DNA of 64,000 nucleotides from Arenicellales bacterium (GTDB lineage: Bacteria; Pseudomonadota; Gammaproteobacteria; Arenicellales; JAJDZL01), in contig OZ242211.1 of the NCBI GenBank assembly GCA_965206345.1, forward strand, positions 1,018,758 through 1,082,757, read 5' to 3'. Positions 46,748-57,606 of the stretch are shown here, piece by piece. The number at the start of each line of letters is the position of its first letter. Within the stretch, counting starts at the first letter, position 1. The translations under genes were made by a program, and so were the position numbers. The notes beneath the pieces are model-generated. The model was not told where the DNA came from and did not search any database. It saw only the letters and a list, made by a program, of their open reading frames with translations.

Positions 46748-47158
46748 ATCCTATCAACCGGATAAAGACACTTAAATGACTGTTGTCAGGCCAATTCAGT
46801 CTCAGGTATTCTTGGACTTCCAAAATTTCGATCTTGTCCTCAAACAAGCATGAATTACAGCAAGTATCCAACATCGTAACCAAAGACCTAATCGCGCGGT
46901 CGCAGACCGTTCAGTAGATCGATGTCAATTGCCTTGACTGAATTGCCGTTCTCGTCGTATCGCATCGCAATAAGCTCTGGTTCAATCCCACCATGTAACC
47001 AACTTCCTCGACATCACATACTTAACACCTTCGGTTTCAAGTTGCTCGCGTACCTCTGCAATACGCTCATCTGAAAGCAATTCGTCGGCAAGGTTATCAA
47101 GATGGTTTTTTAGCTTCGCTCCCTGTATTGTTGTAAGCCCAGTGCATCGTTTTCAGTT

Positions 47159-47665
47159 CTAGTCATACTTGAGCAAAAACTGGTTCTTGAAGTTCTTAAG
47201 TCCCGACATGACTTCACTAGATGCAATGTCGGGCTGAAGATGAATTTCTGTTTCCAGGAATTCGTGAAAGCTACGCAAACTATCAGTAACTATTTCGACC
47301 AGCAAATCAAATCGTCCAGTTACCCAAAGGATGTAAACGACATCGGACGACTGTCCGAGTCGTTTCGCAATCTCATCGACTGAATGGTTGGCTGCTACTT
47401 TGATACCAATGATCGCATCCGCCTGATAGCGGACTTCAGTCGGGTCAACCAGTGCAACGATTCGAAGAGCACCGGCTTTTTTCATCAACTGCACCCGGTT
47501 GCGCACAGTGCCCTCAGAAACTCCAAGGGCCGTAGCAATTTCCTTGTATGGTCGTCGCCCGTCGGTTTGCAGCATTTTCACAATCTGACGATTAAGATGG
47601 TCGTCAATTGCCGCAATACCGTTCTGCTTTTGCTTCACAGAGTGCGATAATTCATGCTTTATCAC
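47159..47665 (-). CDS. Lrp/AsnC family transcriptional regulator
   Basis: LNRQIVKMLQTDGRRPYKEIATALGVSEGTVRNRV HTH plus a C-terminal RAM-domain-like region. Confidence 0.85.
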   Translation of the reverse strand: MIKHELSHSVKQKQNGIAAIDDHLNRQIVKMLQTDGRRPYKEIATALGVSEGTVRNRVQLMKKAGALRIVALVDPTEVRYQADAIIGIKVAANHSVDEIAKRLGQSSDVVYILWVTGRFDLLVEIVTDSLRSFHEFLETEIHLQPDIASSEVMSGLKNFKNQFLLKYD

Positions 47666-48052
47666 TGTGATATCGTCAAAATTGATATCTTATTGTTGCT
47701 GAAACGTGATTATAAACATGAAATACTACGAATTATGAATATATTCACTGGTTTTGGCTACGAATAACGAAACTATCGAAGAACCGATATCATTTCCGAA
47801 AAGGGGAGTCGCAGTGTAATTCATTGCGGCATTGCGGTATTAGTTGGAAAATTCAGGTGAAACTCCCCATGGCTTACCAAGCGCAGCCTACACTGAAGAA
47901 AGTTTGTTCACCTCCAACAGATTAGGATTGTTGCAAGGGAATGGGTACTTTCCGGTGAAACTCATAAGTCGGCAAAGTGGCCGGTTTGATTGCTGTTGTT
48001 TGAAGAGTACAGCTGGTGCGGTCAAATCGACCTCCCTATCCAGCGAAATAGC

Positions 48053-49222
48053 TTACCGTCTTGCATATCTGGCCCGGATGATTGCCAATATCAAAAATGC
48101 AACAACCGCACTAACCAAGATATAAACGAATCCGTTCGGCCCCCACGCGGTCATGCCCAGACCACCTAGCCCCGGCGCAATTGTACCGGATACACCCCAC
48201 ATCAATCCGAATGCGGCATTTCCAGCCGCCAGTTGAGCACCACGAAATCGGGAGCCCATAATTGTAAGCGCAACAGTGTAGATCGCTGCGATTGCACCAC
48301 CCCATATAAACATCACTACCCACAGCATAATCTTCGTTTGAATGATGAATGGCAGCAAGATTGCTCCAACTAGAATCAACAGTGTGCAGAGAAACAATAG
48401 CAGATTGCGATTCATGCTGTCGGCAAGCCTGCCTACCAGAGGCTGCGCGGCCATCGAACCGATCGCCGCAACTGTCAGTATCAATGCTGCCGAAGCCTCG
48501 GACAAACCATTGCGTAGTGCGTACACCGGCATCAGCGTTACCACTAAAGACTCCTCAAACGCCATCAATGCCGTGGCGCCAACCAGCGTTGGTGCCAACA
48601 GACAGAACATAAGCACATGGGACGCCTTGCCACCCGAAAAGTCGGGGGTCGCGCCGCGTGTCCATCGAAGTGGAAACAGCCCGGCTGCAATAATGACAAG
48701 CGCGACGATGAACGGCAGATTCCCCTGAGCGCCCAGAACTACGATAAATAGCGGTGAAATGCCCAACGTGGCACTGAAGACGAACGTGTAAAGTCCCATG
48801 ACGCGTCCACGATAATGGTCTTCGGCAACTTCATTGATCCAAGTTTCACTGACAACAAACAAAATAGTCCCGGCAACGCCCATCATGAAACGGGAAACGA
48901 ACCAAATGTAGATGTTCTCAAACAAGATCATCAAGCAAATGAAGAAAATGTCCGAGCAAATGGAGACAAACACCCACCGTCGAACGTCCATAAATCGCAT
49001 GATGAATGGAATCATTGGAGAAACAATAATGGACGCCAGGAATGGCAGCGCGCCCATCAAGCCAATCAGTGAGGACGAATATCCGCGAAGCTCCATGTTC
49101 AGGCTGATAAGTGGGTAAAAGAACCCGACTGTCAAACCATAAATGGACAGTAAGCTGATGATTGCCAGCAGGACCCGTCTGCGCTCAGGGTCCGGAATTA
49201 ATCCGCGAAGAAAGTACTTCAC
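48053..49222 (-). CDS. MFS transporter
   Basis: About 12 hydrophobic segments in 389 aa. Its start overlaps the stop of the upstream ggt-like gene by 4 nt. Confidence 0.75.
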   Translation of the reverse strand: MKYFLRGLIPDPERRRVLLAIISLLSIYGLTVGFFYPLISLNMELRGYSSSLIGLMGALPFLASIIVSPMIPFIMRFMDVRRWVFVSICSDIFFICLMILFENIYIWFVSRFMMGVAGTILFVVSETWINEVAEDHYRGRVMGLYTFVFSATLGISPLFIVVLGAQGNLPFIVALVIIAAGLFPLRWTRGATPDFSGGKASHVLMFCLLAPTLVGATALMAFEESLVVTLMPVYALRNGLSEASAALILTVAAIGSMAAQPLVGRLADSMNRNLLLFLCTLLILVGAILLPFIIQTKIMLWVVMFIWGGAIAAIYTVALTIMGSRFRGAQLAAGNAAFGLMWGVSGTIAPGLGGLGMTAWGPNGFVYILVSAVVAFLILAIIRARYARR

Positions 49223-50739
49223 GCGACTTCGACCCAGACTCCACCACGGCGCGTATCGCCAAAGCCTTCTACAGTCCGAGCCCGTTGTCGCGCTGTATGC
49301 GCACCGCCGAAGAAAACATTGTTTGTTCTGAATGTAGTCGCATCCCCATAGCGACTGAGAATTTCAGACAGTTCTGGATTGCCAAACAGATTCTCCGCGT
49401 AAGCTGCATTCCTGTGGTAGTGAAGCCGTGGCGCCCGAACCGCATCCTGAACGCTCATGTCATAGTCCAGAAGATTGATCAGTACTTGCTTGACTACGCC
49501 AGGGATACGGTTGGAACCACCGGTCCCAATTACAATCTGAGAACCCTTGTCGTCAATTGCGACTGTTGGGGACATCAATGAACTTAAGCGCCTGGCCAGC
49601 GGCCACTGAGTCAGACCATAGGGATTGACATCGTGCTCGCCCATCATGTTGTTCATCATTACCGATGTGCTGGGAATCATGGTGCCGCAGCCTTCTCCGT
49701 TACTGACTGATACGGCCACTGCGTTTCGTTCTCGATCTATGATCGAAATATGAGTGGTGCCGTTTGGTGACAACCACTCCTGATTGGCTTGATAAATTTG
49801 TAAAAGCTCGGAATCAAACCCGACCTCAGGACTCGGTGAAGCACTCTCTTCAAGCCGCGCACACTGGACAAATGACTCCATAACCGCACTCAAATGTTCC
49901 GAAGACCCGAATCGATACTGCGCGAGCTTGAGCGAGGATAGTCGGCTCATTGCTAGACCGATCGCAATCCCACCACTTGAAGGTGGCGGATTCAAAAGCA
50001 GGGTGTGATCTCTATAGCGCACCTTAAGTGGTTTTCTAAGCTCAACGCGGTAGTTGGTCAGGTCATCGTAAGTTACCTGCCCACCTTCAAGGCTTACTTC
50101 ATGAATCGACTTCGCTATCTCACCGCGGTAGAACAGCGCCTCACCTTCAATTGCCAGTGTTTCGAGCAAATCATCGTAATTTGGAAAATAAGTAGTTTCA
50201 CCTTTCCGAACCGTGTGCCCAGGCGTTTTTCTACTTTCAAAAATTGGCCGTGCATCTCCAGAGAGATAAATTGGTGTCAATATGTCCAGTACATACGCCT
50301 GCATCTCATTGATTTCGATACCCTCTTTCAGAATTTGAAGTGCTGGCTGAATCAAAGCATTCATGGGCATTTTTGAATAGCGTGTAGCCACTTTGAAGAT
50401 GCCTTTCACGTAGCCCGGTACCGCACAGGTACCGGAACCAATGATGAACTCCTGTTGTGCATCTCCAAAATCACAAATGAATTTTTCGGTTTTGACGTCT
50501 GCGATGGGCTTTCGCCGGCGCGGAGTTTGTACAAAAAAGTCAAACAGAACGGGTTGATCGGAACTTGGTCTCGCCATCAAGAAACCACCGCCGCCTAAAG
50601 ATGCAAGAGCCGGTTCAGTAACACAAACAGAAAACAGCGCGGCGATAGCTGCGTCAAATGCATTGCCGCCCGCGGATAAAATTTGAGCAGCAGCGGCTGC
50701 CGTTTGAGGATGTCCAGCAGTTACAATTCCTTTACTCAT
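49219..50739 (-). CDS. Gamma-glutamyltransferase family protein (no obvious signal peptide)
   Basis: GGNAFDAAIA, nucleophile region NGTTHISIID, GGSNRIPG. Confidence 0.8.
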   Translation of the reverse strand: MSKGIVTAGHPQTAAAAAQILSAGGNAFDAAIAALFSVCVTEPALASLGGGGFLMARPSSDQPVLFDFFVQTPRRRKPIADVKTEKFICDFGDAQQEFIIGSGTCAVPGYVKGIFKVATRYSKMPMNALIQPALQILKEGIEINEMQAYVLDILTPIYLSGDARPIFESRKTPGHTVRKGETTYFPNYDDLLETLAIEGEALFYRGEIAKSIHEVSLEGGQVTYDDLTNYRVELRKPLKVRYRDHTLLLNPPPSSGGIAIGLAMSRLSSLKLAQYRFGSSEHLSAVMESFVQCARLEESASPSPEVGFDSELLQIYQANQEWLSPNGTTHISIIDRERNAVAVSVSNGEGCGTMIPSTSVMMNNMMGEHDVNPYGLTQWPLARRLSSLMSPTVAIDDKGSQIVIGTGGSNRIPGVVKQVLINLLDYDMSVQDAVRAPRLHYHRNAAYAENLFGNPELSEILSRYGDATTFRTNNVFFGGAHTARQRARTVEGFGDTRRGGVWVEVA

Positions 50740-50845
50740 TGACGGTGTCCCGGAGCAGGCTTACAGTATTCGCCTCGCTCATTCATTAGATAATTGACAC
50801 AACTGGCCATACGAACACTTTAAGCACGAAGGGAAGTCAGCAGAA

Positions 50846-52096
<1,251 letters not shown>

Positions 52097-52160
52097 TTCA
52101 TCCGGGTTCATTTCAGAAATTCAGTCCCTACGGTACTGCTGTTGGGACCAGATTCTTGAT

Positions 52161-52808
52161 TTAAGCACTCTCAGCGCGAAACTTTGGGCTCGCAGCCTGC
52201 CACAGGTACCAGCTGGCCACGCTACGAAACGGTTTCCAGCACTCGCCGTGCTCCGACAACTCATTCGGTGTTGGCAACTCTCCGGTTTCGTATGCAAAGG
52301 AAAAGCCGCGTCTCACCCCAAGGTCTGTCACAGGAAGAATGTCTGGGCGCCCAATATTGAAGATCAACAGCATCTCAACTGTCCACGGACCGATGCCACG
52401 AACGGTCGAAAATGCCTTAATGATTTCCTCGCTGGACATCCCGGCGATGTCCTTTGGTGCTGGCAATAGATTCTCACTGGTCTTGTCTGCGAGATCATTA
52501 ACTGCACGAATTTTTGACCAGGATAGTCCACAGGAACGCAACTGATCGTCGGCGGTTTTCAGGAGCGAAGTGGGTGTCGGAAAGTCACCACCGAATAACC
52601 CCAACACTCGATTCAGAATGCTGTCAGCCGCATGGCCCGATAACTGTTGATAAACTATAGAGCGCAAAAGTGCTTGGAATGGATCTAAGTCTGCTCTGAA
52701 GTCTAGACCACATTCACCAACCTCCGCTGTCAGTTCAGCCATAATGGGGTCAGCGTTACTCAGATGCCGTACCGCCGCAACGGGGTCATAAGGCAGACAA
52801 TTCGACAT
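52161..52808 (-). CDS. DNA-3-methyladenine glycosylase II (HhH-GPD, AlkA-like)
   Basis: VYQQLS..AA..I, RGIGPWTVEMLLIF (HhH-GPD) and a catalytic Asp region (PVTDLGVRRG). Confidence 0.8.
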   Translation of the reverse strand: MSNCLPYDPVAAVRHLSNADPIMAELTAEVGECGLDFRADLDPFQALLRSIVYQQLSGHAADSILNRVLGLFGGDFPTPTSLLKTADDQLRSCGLSWSKIRAVNDLADKTSENLLPAPKDIAGMSSEEIIKAFSTVRGIGPWTVEMLLIFNIGRPDILPVTDLGVRRGFSFAYETGELPTPNELSEHGECWKPFRSVASWYLWQAASPKFRAESA

Positions 52809-52813
52809 TGTCT

Positions 52814-55033
52814 TTAGTTTTTTGCCCTTTGCAGTTCCGGAACCAAATGAATTTCTATTCGGCGATTCGAGCGCCTGCCTCTTTCAGTTTCATTGGATAC
52901 AAGAGGTCGCCGCGAACCAAATCCGACGGCTCGAAGACGATCTGCGGGCACACCTTGCTCAACCAGATAGCGAGTTGCAGCAGCTGACCTTGCCATCGAC
53001 AACTCCCAGTTGGAGGGATAGTAGGTTCGCAAACCCCCTTTGATCGGCACATTATCTGTATGTCCTTCAACACTCACTACGCGGTTGTTGAAAGTTTCCA
53101 AGTCAATTGAGTCAGCAAACTCCTTCAAATCTTCTTTGCCTGCTTCTGTCAGCACTGCTGAGCCTGATTCAAACAATATGTCTGTAGAGTACTCCATAAC
53201 GGTGTAACCAGAAACGAGTTCAGAGATTTCACTGGCTTTTTGAGCAATACTTATATCCATGGTTTTACGCAAGTCACCGATCAACTGTCCTAATTGCTCG
53301 TTTTCTTGAGTAATTGATTGCGCCAAGGTTTCCATGTTTTCAGTTCGTCGTTCCGAAGCTTGTAATTCTGTAGTCAACGAATCAACTTTGTTAGTGAGGT
53401 TGATGAGATCCTCTTGCATATTTACGTTTTGACTGATTGAATTTGAAAGCTGCAGATCCAATTCTGCGATTCGGGATTCAGCATCGGAGAGGGCCGAAGC
53501 ACTAACCTCCGACTGGCTAAGTCTCTCCTGCAATTCGCTAAGCCGTGCGAGCAGTTGATCGGTTCGGTCAGCAGAAAGTGTTTCACTGCTATCCCGGTCT
53601 TGAGTCGAATCTGTTTCTGCAGAATCCGTCATTTCTGTCGCTGGCTCGCCTGGTGCTGAGACAGGTGGTTGTTCACCTGAATATTCGGAGTCGACAACCA
53701 GAGCAACTGCCTGATTAAGCTTTTCGACCAATCCTTCAATGGCGCGTTCGTAGTAAGCGCGTTCACTATCGTAGCCCGATTTAAGTTCGTCAATTTGTAC
53801 AGTCAAGCGCTCGACTTCTTTGTTCGACCGCAGCTTTTCGTTGTTGGAATGTTCCAGTTCTTTTTCCAAAGTAGCAATTTGGCTTGCCGTCGCTGAGGGT
53901 TCGGAATCTGTTTGCTGCCTTTCACCTCTGGCATATTCCAGTTGCTGTTCAAGACGGGCAATTCGAGTTTGGGCATCCAAAAGTTCTGCATCCAGTCGCT
54001 GCCTTTCGGTCCTGGCAGCCTCCAACATTTGCTCCAGACCAGCAACTTGATCTGTGGCTGTGGGAAGTTCCGAATCCGACTGCTGCTGCATTTCGTTTCT
54101 AGCGGATTCCAGTTCCTGTTCCAATGCGGCAATTCGAGACTGGGCGGCTGAGAGTTCAATATCCAGCTGTTGCTTTTCGCTTCTAGCGGATTCCAGTTGC
54201 TGCTGCAGACTGGCGATTCGATTTACGGCAGTCGATGTTTCAGATTCTTCCGTTACAGCAGATACTTGGTCTTCCTCAGTCATTAAAGACGAGTCGGCTT
54301 GCTTTTCGCCAGATAGAGAATCTGTTTCTGACAACTTGCCAGCAATTTGTTCATTTGCTTCTTTAAGAGATGAGGCTAGGTGTCGATTTAGAGCGCGTTG
54401 CCGCCGGATTTGTCTGGTTGCATGTTTCAGTCTAGTAGCCAAGTAAGTTTCTCTACCGTATGGAAAGCGGGAAACTCGTTCTTCAGCTGATACAAGCGAC
54501 TTGGACTCCTCGCTCGTGACAGAACTTTCAGCATTCGCTGCAACGAGTTCTCCATTCAATTGCTCATTTTGAACAGCCTTTTCTTCAGAGTCTGCCATGT
54601 TGGTAGCATTTTGTTCCCTGGCTTCAGTGAGTGACATTGTCAATTGTTTATTCTGAGCGCGTTGTCGTCGCAGTTGCTTGGTGGCCTGTTCCAGTCTGGT
54701 AGCCAAGAATGTCTCGCGGTTAACCGGCAACCGGAAAAAGCCTTCTTCACCTGATGTACTTACAGCAGACTCTTCAGACGTCTCACCACTTTCACTCAAC
54801 ATCCGAAGTGCAATGGTTTCCTGCAGTAAACCCTCGTGGTCAGCTTGAAGCTCAATCAATTGAGCCTGTAGTTCAGTCATATTCTGCTCCAATTCAACGG
54901 CCGCCTGGTTTGCTCTCTCTAAATCTTGATCAGAACGGTTAACGGCAAAAATTAAACTTATCCAGCCAACAATTGCTGCGAGAATCAAGATAGTGAGGGC
55001 TAGTGGGTGTCTAAGTAAAGATAACAAAATCAA
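52814..55033 (-). CDS. Membrane-anchored coiled-coil protein with C-terminal OmpA/MotB peptidoglycan-binding domain
   Basis: N-terminal TM helix, ~550 aa of Q/E/L/R-rich heptad sequence with internal repeats, and a C-terminal VEGHTDNVPI...NWELSMARSAAATRYL...GFGSRRP OmpA_C motif. Confidence 0.7.
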   Translation of the reverse strand: MILLSLLRHPLALTILILAAIVGWISLIFAVNRSDQDLERANQAAVELEQNMTELQAQLIELQADHEGLLQETIALRMLSESGETSEESAVSTSGEEGFFRLPVNRETFLATRLEQATKQLRRQRAQNKQLTMSLTEAREQNATNMADSEEKAVQNEQLNGELVAANAESSVTSEESKSLVSAEERVSRFPYGRETYLATRLKHATRQIRRQRALNRHLASSLKEANEQIAGKLSETDSLSGEKQADSSLMTEEDQVSAVTEESETSTAVNRIASLQQQLESARSEKQQLDIELSAAQSRIAALEQELESARNEMQQQSDSELPTATDQVAGLEQMLEAARTERQRLDAELLDAQTRIARLEQQLEYARGERQQTDSEPSATASQIATLEKELEHSNNEKLRSNKEVERLTVQIDELKSGYDSERAYYERAIEGLVEKLNQAVALVVDSEYSGEQPPVSAPGEPATEMTDSAETDSTQDRDSSETLSADRTDQLLARLSELQERLSQSEVSASALSDAESRIAELDLQLSNSISQNVNMQEDLINLTNKVDSLTTELQASERRTENMETLAQSITQENEQLGQLIGDLRKTMDISIAQKASEISELVSGYTVMEYSTDILFESGSAVLTEAGKEDLKEFADSIDLETFNNRVVSVEGHTDNVPIKGGLRTYYPSNWELSMARSAAATRYLVEQGVPADRLRAVGFGSRRPLVSNETERGRRSNRRIEIHLVPELQRAKN
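53795..54217 (-). repeat. In-frame tandem repeats (~84 nt / 28 aa, five units) inside the coiled-coil gene
   Basis: Units: IASLQQQLESARSEKQQLDIELSAAQSR / IAALEQELESARNEMQQQSDSELPTATDQ / VAGLEQMLEAARTERQRLDAELLDAQTR / IARLEQQLEYARGERQQTDSEPSATASQ / IATLEKELEHSNNEKLRSNKEVERLTVQ. Confidence 0.8.
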
Positions 55034-55463
55034 ACCTCAGTAAAGAAGTTCGCCTGAAACAGGGAATGGGTGCGATAGGGATTCAGAGGTAAAACCATAC
55101 GCTGTTGATAATTCTGCACCCTGCAATGTGGAAAAGTGATTTGCGAGCTAAAAGGGGAATTAAACAATCACGGTTTCTAGATGAAGTGCAACTCAATTGG
55201 AGCAGATTATAGCAAGTTCGCAGGTGTTCGCAGATTCATGCCAAATCATTTTTTTCTTCACTTCAATCTGACTTAGGAGTGCGATCTCTTCAGACTAATT
55301 GATTCAGCCATCAAGAAGTCAATGTTGCGACTGACATTGTTTATCGCTAATGCCGAACAGTCCACCCAAGAATTCGAATTCGCAAAATTAATTTAGAACA
55401 TAATTCCAATTTCACTGGTCTAAACAACGACGCCCTGACCTGACTCATTCGCGTGAAGCATAG

Positions 55464-57593
55464 ATGAAAAAGATCCTGATACTAGCAGTTATCGCCGCTC
55501 TGCTGGTCGTTTATTTTGTATTCGACCTCGGACGATATCTTGATGTGAACCTTTTCCTGGACAACCGAGATCGAATCATTGAGTTTCGAGATGCCTCGCC
55601 CTTGAAAAGTGCACTCATTTACTTCGCAGTTTACATCCTGATAACTGGCCTATCAGTACCGGGGGCAGCAATTGCCACACTTGTCGGGGGAGCGATTTTC
55701 GGATTATTGTGGGGTACTGTACTGGTGTCTTTCGCCTCGGTCATTGGCGCATCGTGTGCATTCCTCGTCTCGCGGCACATTCTGCGCGATGCAATTCAAA
55801 GCCGCTACGGCGATCGGCTTCGAACAATCAACGAAGGCATTCGCAAAGATGGCGCGGTTTATCTTTTCACGCTTCGAATGGTGCCTATTTTTCCGTTTTT
55901 TATCATTAACCTGGTCATGGGACTGACTCCCATGCGAATTCGCACCTACTTCATCGTCAGCCAGATCGGCATGCTCCCCGCTACCATTGTGTACGTTAAT
56001 GCAGGAACGCAATTGGCCAAGATTGATTCGGTTGGTGCAATTCTTTCACCGGCACTCGTGGCATCCTTCGTTCTATTGGGTATCTTCCCGCTCATTTCAA
56101 AGAAAATTATCGACATCATGAAGAGTCGTAAAACTCTTAGCAAATTCAGCAAACCCAAAAAGTTCGACTTCAACACAGTCGTCATTGGTGCAGGATCCGC
56201 GGGTCTGGTAGCAGCCTATATTTCCGCTGCAGTAAAAGCCAAAGTTGCTTTGATCGAAAAAGGCAAAATGGGCGGTGACTGCCTTAACACCGGCTGTGTT
56301 CCTTCAAAGGCAATCATTCGCACCGCGAAATTTATGTCGCACATCAAACGCAGCGAAGAGTTTGGGGTGCATACCGCAAGTGCAAAATTTGATTTCAAGG
56401 ACATCATGAAGCGCGTGCATGGCATCATCGGTGTCATTGAGCATCACGACTCAGTCGAACGGTACACCTCACTTGGCGTCGACTGTTATACCGGTCACGC
56501 AACAATCGAATCACCCTACTGTGTAAACGTTGATGGCCAACGGCTGACGACTCGCAGCATCATCATTGCAACTGGTGCAGAACCGGCAGTTCCGCCACTA
56601 CCCGGAATAGAGAACATCGAGTTCTACACGTCGGATACGATCTGGGAAATTGAACAACTGCCTGAGCGCTTACTGGTTTTGGGTGGTGGTCCAATCGGCT
56701 GTGAACTGTCTCAGGCTTTCGCCCGACTCGGTTCAAGTGTAACTCAGGTTCAAAAACCACCGAGACTCATGCCGAAGGAAGATCCCGAGTACTCACAAAT
56801 CGTGTTGGATCGTTTTGTTGAAGAGGGCATTGATGTACGCCTGGAACATCAGGCAAAAGAATTTGAGATTGATAACGGTCAAAGGATTCTGATCTGTGAC
56901 TATAACGGTGAAACAGTTCGAATCGAGTTTGATGTGCTGTTGATTGCAGTCGGACGCAGTGCCAGACTTGAGGGGTACGGAATTGAAGCACTTGGAATCG
57001 AAATCTCCAGCCACGGCACGATTGAGGTCAATGAATTTCTGGAAACGAACTACCCGAACATTTATGCAATCGGTGACGTTGCAGGGCCTTTCCAGTTTAC
57101 ACACTTCGGGGCACACCAGGCAACCACGGCCGCGCCTAACGCATTGCTACGGCCTTTCTTCCGCCGCCGAGTGAACTATTCTGTCATTCCGTGGGCGACT
57201 TTCACCGATCCTGAGGTTGCGAGAGTCGGCTTAAATGAACAGGAAGCTGAGGCGCAAGGCATTGCATTTGAAGTGACCCGCTACGACTTTAAGGACTTGT
57301 CGCGAGCCATTACAGACAGCGAGGCACACGGTGAAATCAAGGTGCTGACACCACCCGGGAAAGACAAGATTCTAGGCGTAACAGTAGTTGGAGAGCACGC
57401 CGGTGATCTGATTACCGAATTCATTCTCGCTATGCAGAATGGTCTGGGGCTTAACAAAATTCTCGGCACCATTCATATCTATCCGACGCTTGCGGAGTCT
57501 GCCCGGTTTGTTGCAGGAAACTGGCGTCGCAAACAGGTCTCAGAGCGGGCAACAAATTTTTTGACCCGATTCAACCGATGGCGGCGGCGCTGA
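55464..57593 (+). CDS. Fusion protein: DedA/VTT (TVP38/TMEM64) membrane domain + class I pyridine nucleotide-disulfide oxidoreductase (mercuric reductase/dihydrolipoamide dehydrogenase-like)
   Basis: Residues ~1-215 are multi-TM with a DedA-like core. These are followed by VVIGAGSAGLVAA (FAD), GGDCLNTGCVPSK (redox CxxxxC), LVLGGGPIGCE (NAD) and a C-terminal dimerisation region. Confidence 0.8.
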   Translation: MKKILILAVIAALLVVYFVFDLGRYLDVNLFLDNRDRIIEFRDASPLKSALIYFAVYILITGLSVPGAAIATLVGGAIFGLLWGTVLVSFASVIGASCAFLVSRHILRDAIQSRYGDRLRTINEGIRKDGAVYLFTLRMVPIFPFFIINLVMGLTPMRIRTYFIVSQIGMLPATIVYVNAGTQLAKIDSVGAILSPALVASFVLLGIFPLISKKIIDIMKSRKTLSKFSKPKKFDFNTVVIGAGSAGLVAAYISAAVKAKVALIEKGKMGGDCLNTGCVPSKAIIRTAKFMSHIKRSEEFGVHTASAKFDFKDIMKRVHGIIGVIEHHDSVERYTSLGVDCYTGHATIESPYCVNVDGQRLTTRSIIIATGAEPAVPPLPGIENIEFYTSDTIWEIEQLPERLLVLGGGPIGCELSQAFARLGSSVTQVQKPPRLMPKEDPEYSQIVLDRFVEEGIDVRLEHQAKEFEIDNGQRILICDYNGETVRIEFDVLLIAVGRSARLEGYGIEALGIEISSHGTIEVNEFLETNYPNIYAIGDVAGPFQFTHFGAHQATTAAPNALLRPFFRRRVNYSVIPWATFTDPEVARVGLNEQEAEAQGIAFEVTRYDFKDLSRAITDSEAHGEIKVLTPPGKDKILGVTVVGEHAGDLITEFILAMQNGLGLNKILGTIHIYPTLAESARFVAGNWRRKQVSERATNFLTRFNRWRRR

Positions 57594-57606
57594 GCTATCA
57601 CCAAGC

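Noticed and set aside
53795-54217. Regular ~84-nt tandem repeats, considered as a possible CRISPR-like or non-coding array.
   Set aside because: The repeats are contiguous with no unique spacers, are in frame, and encode heptad-rich coiled coil within a long ORF.
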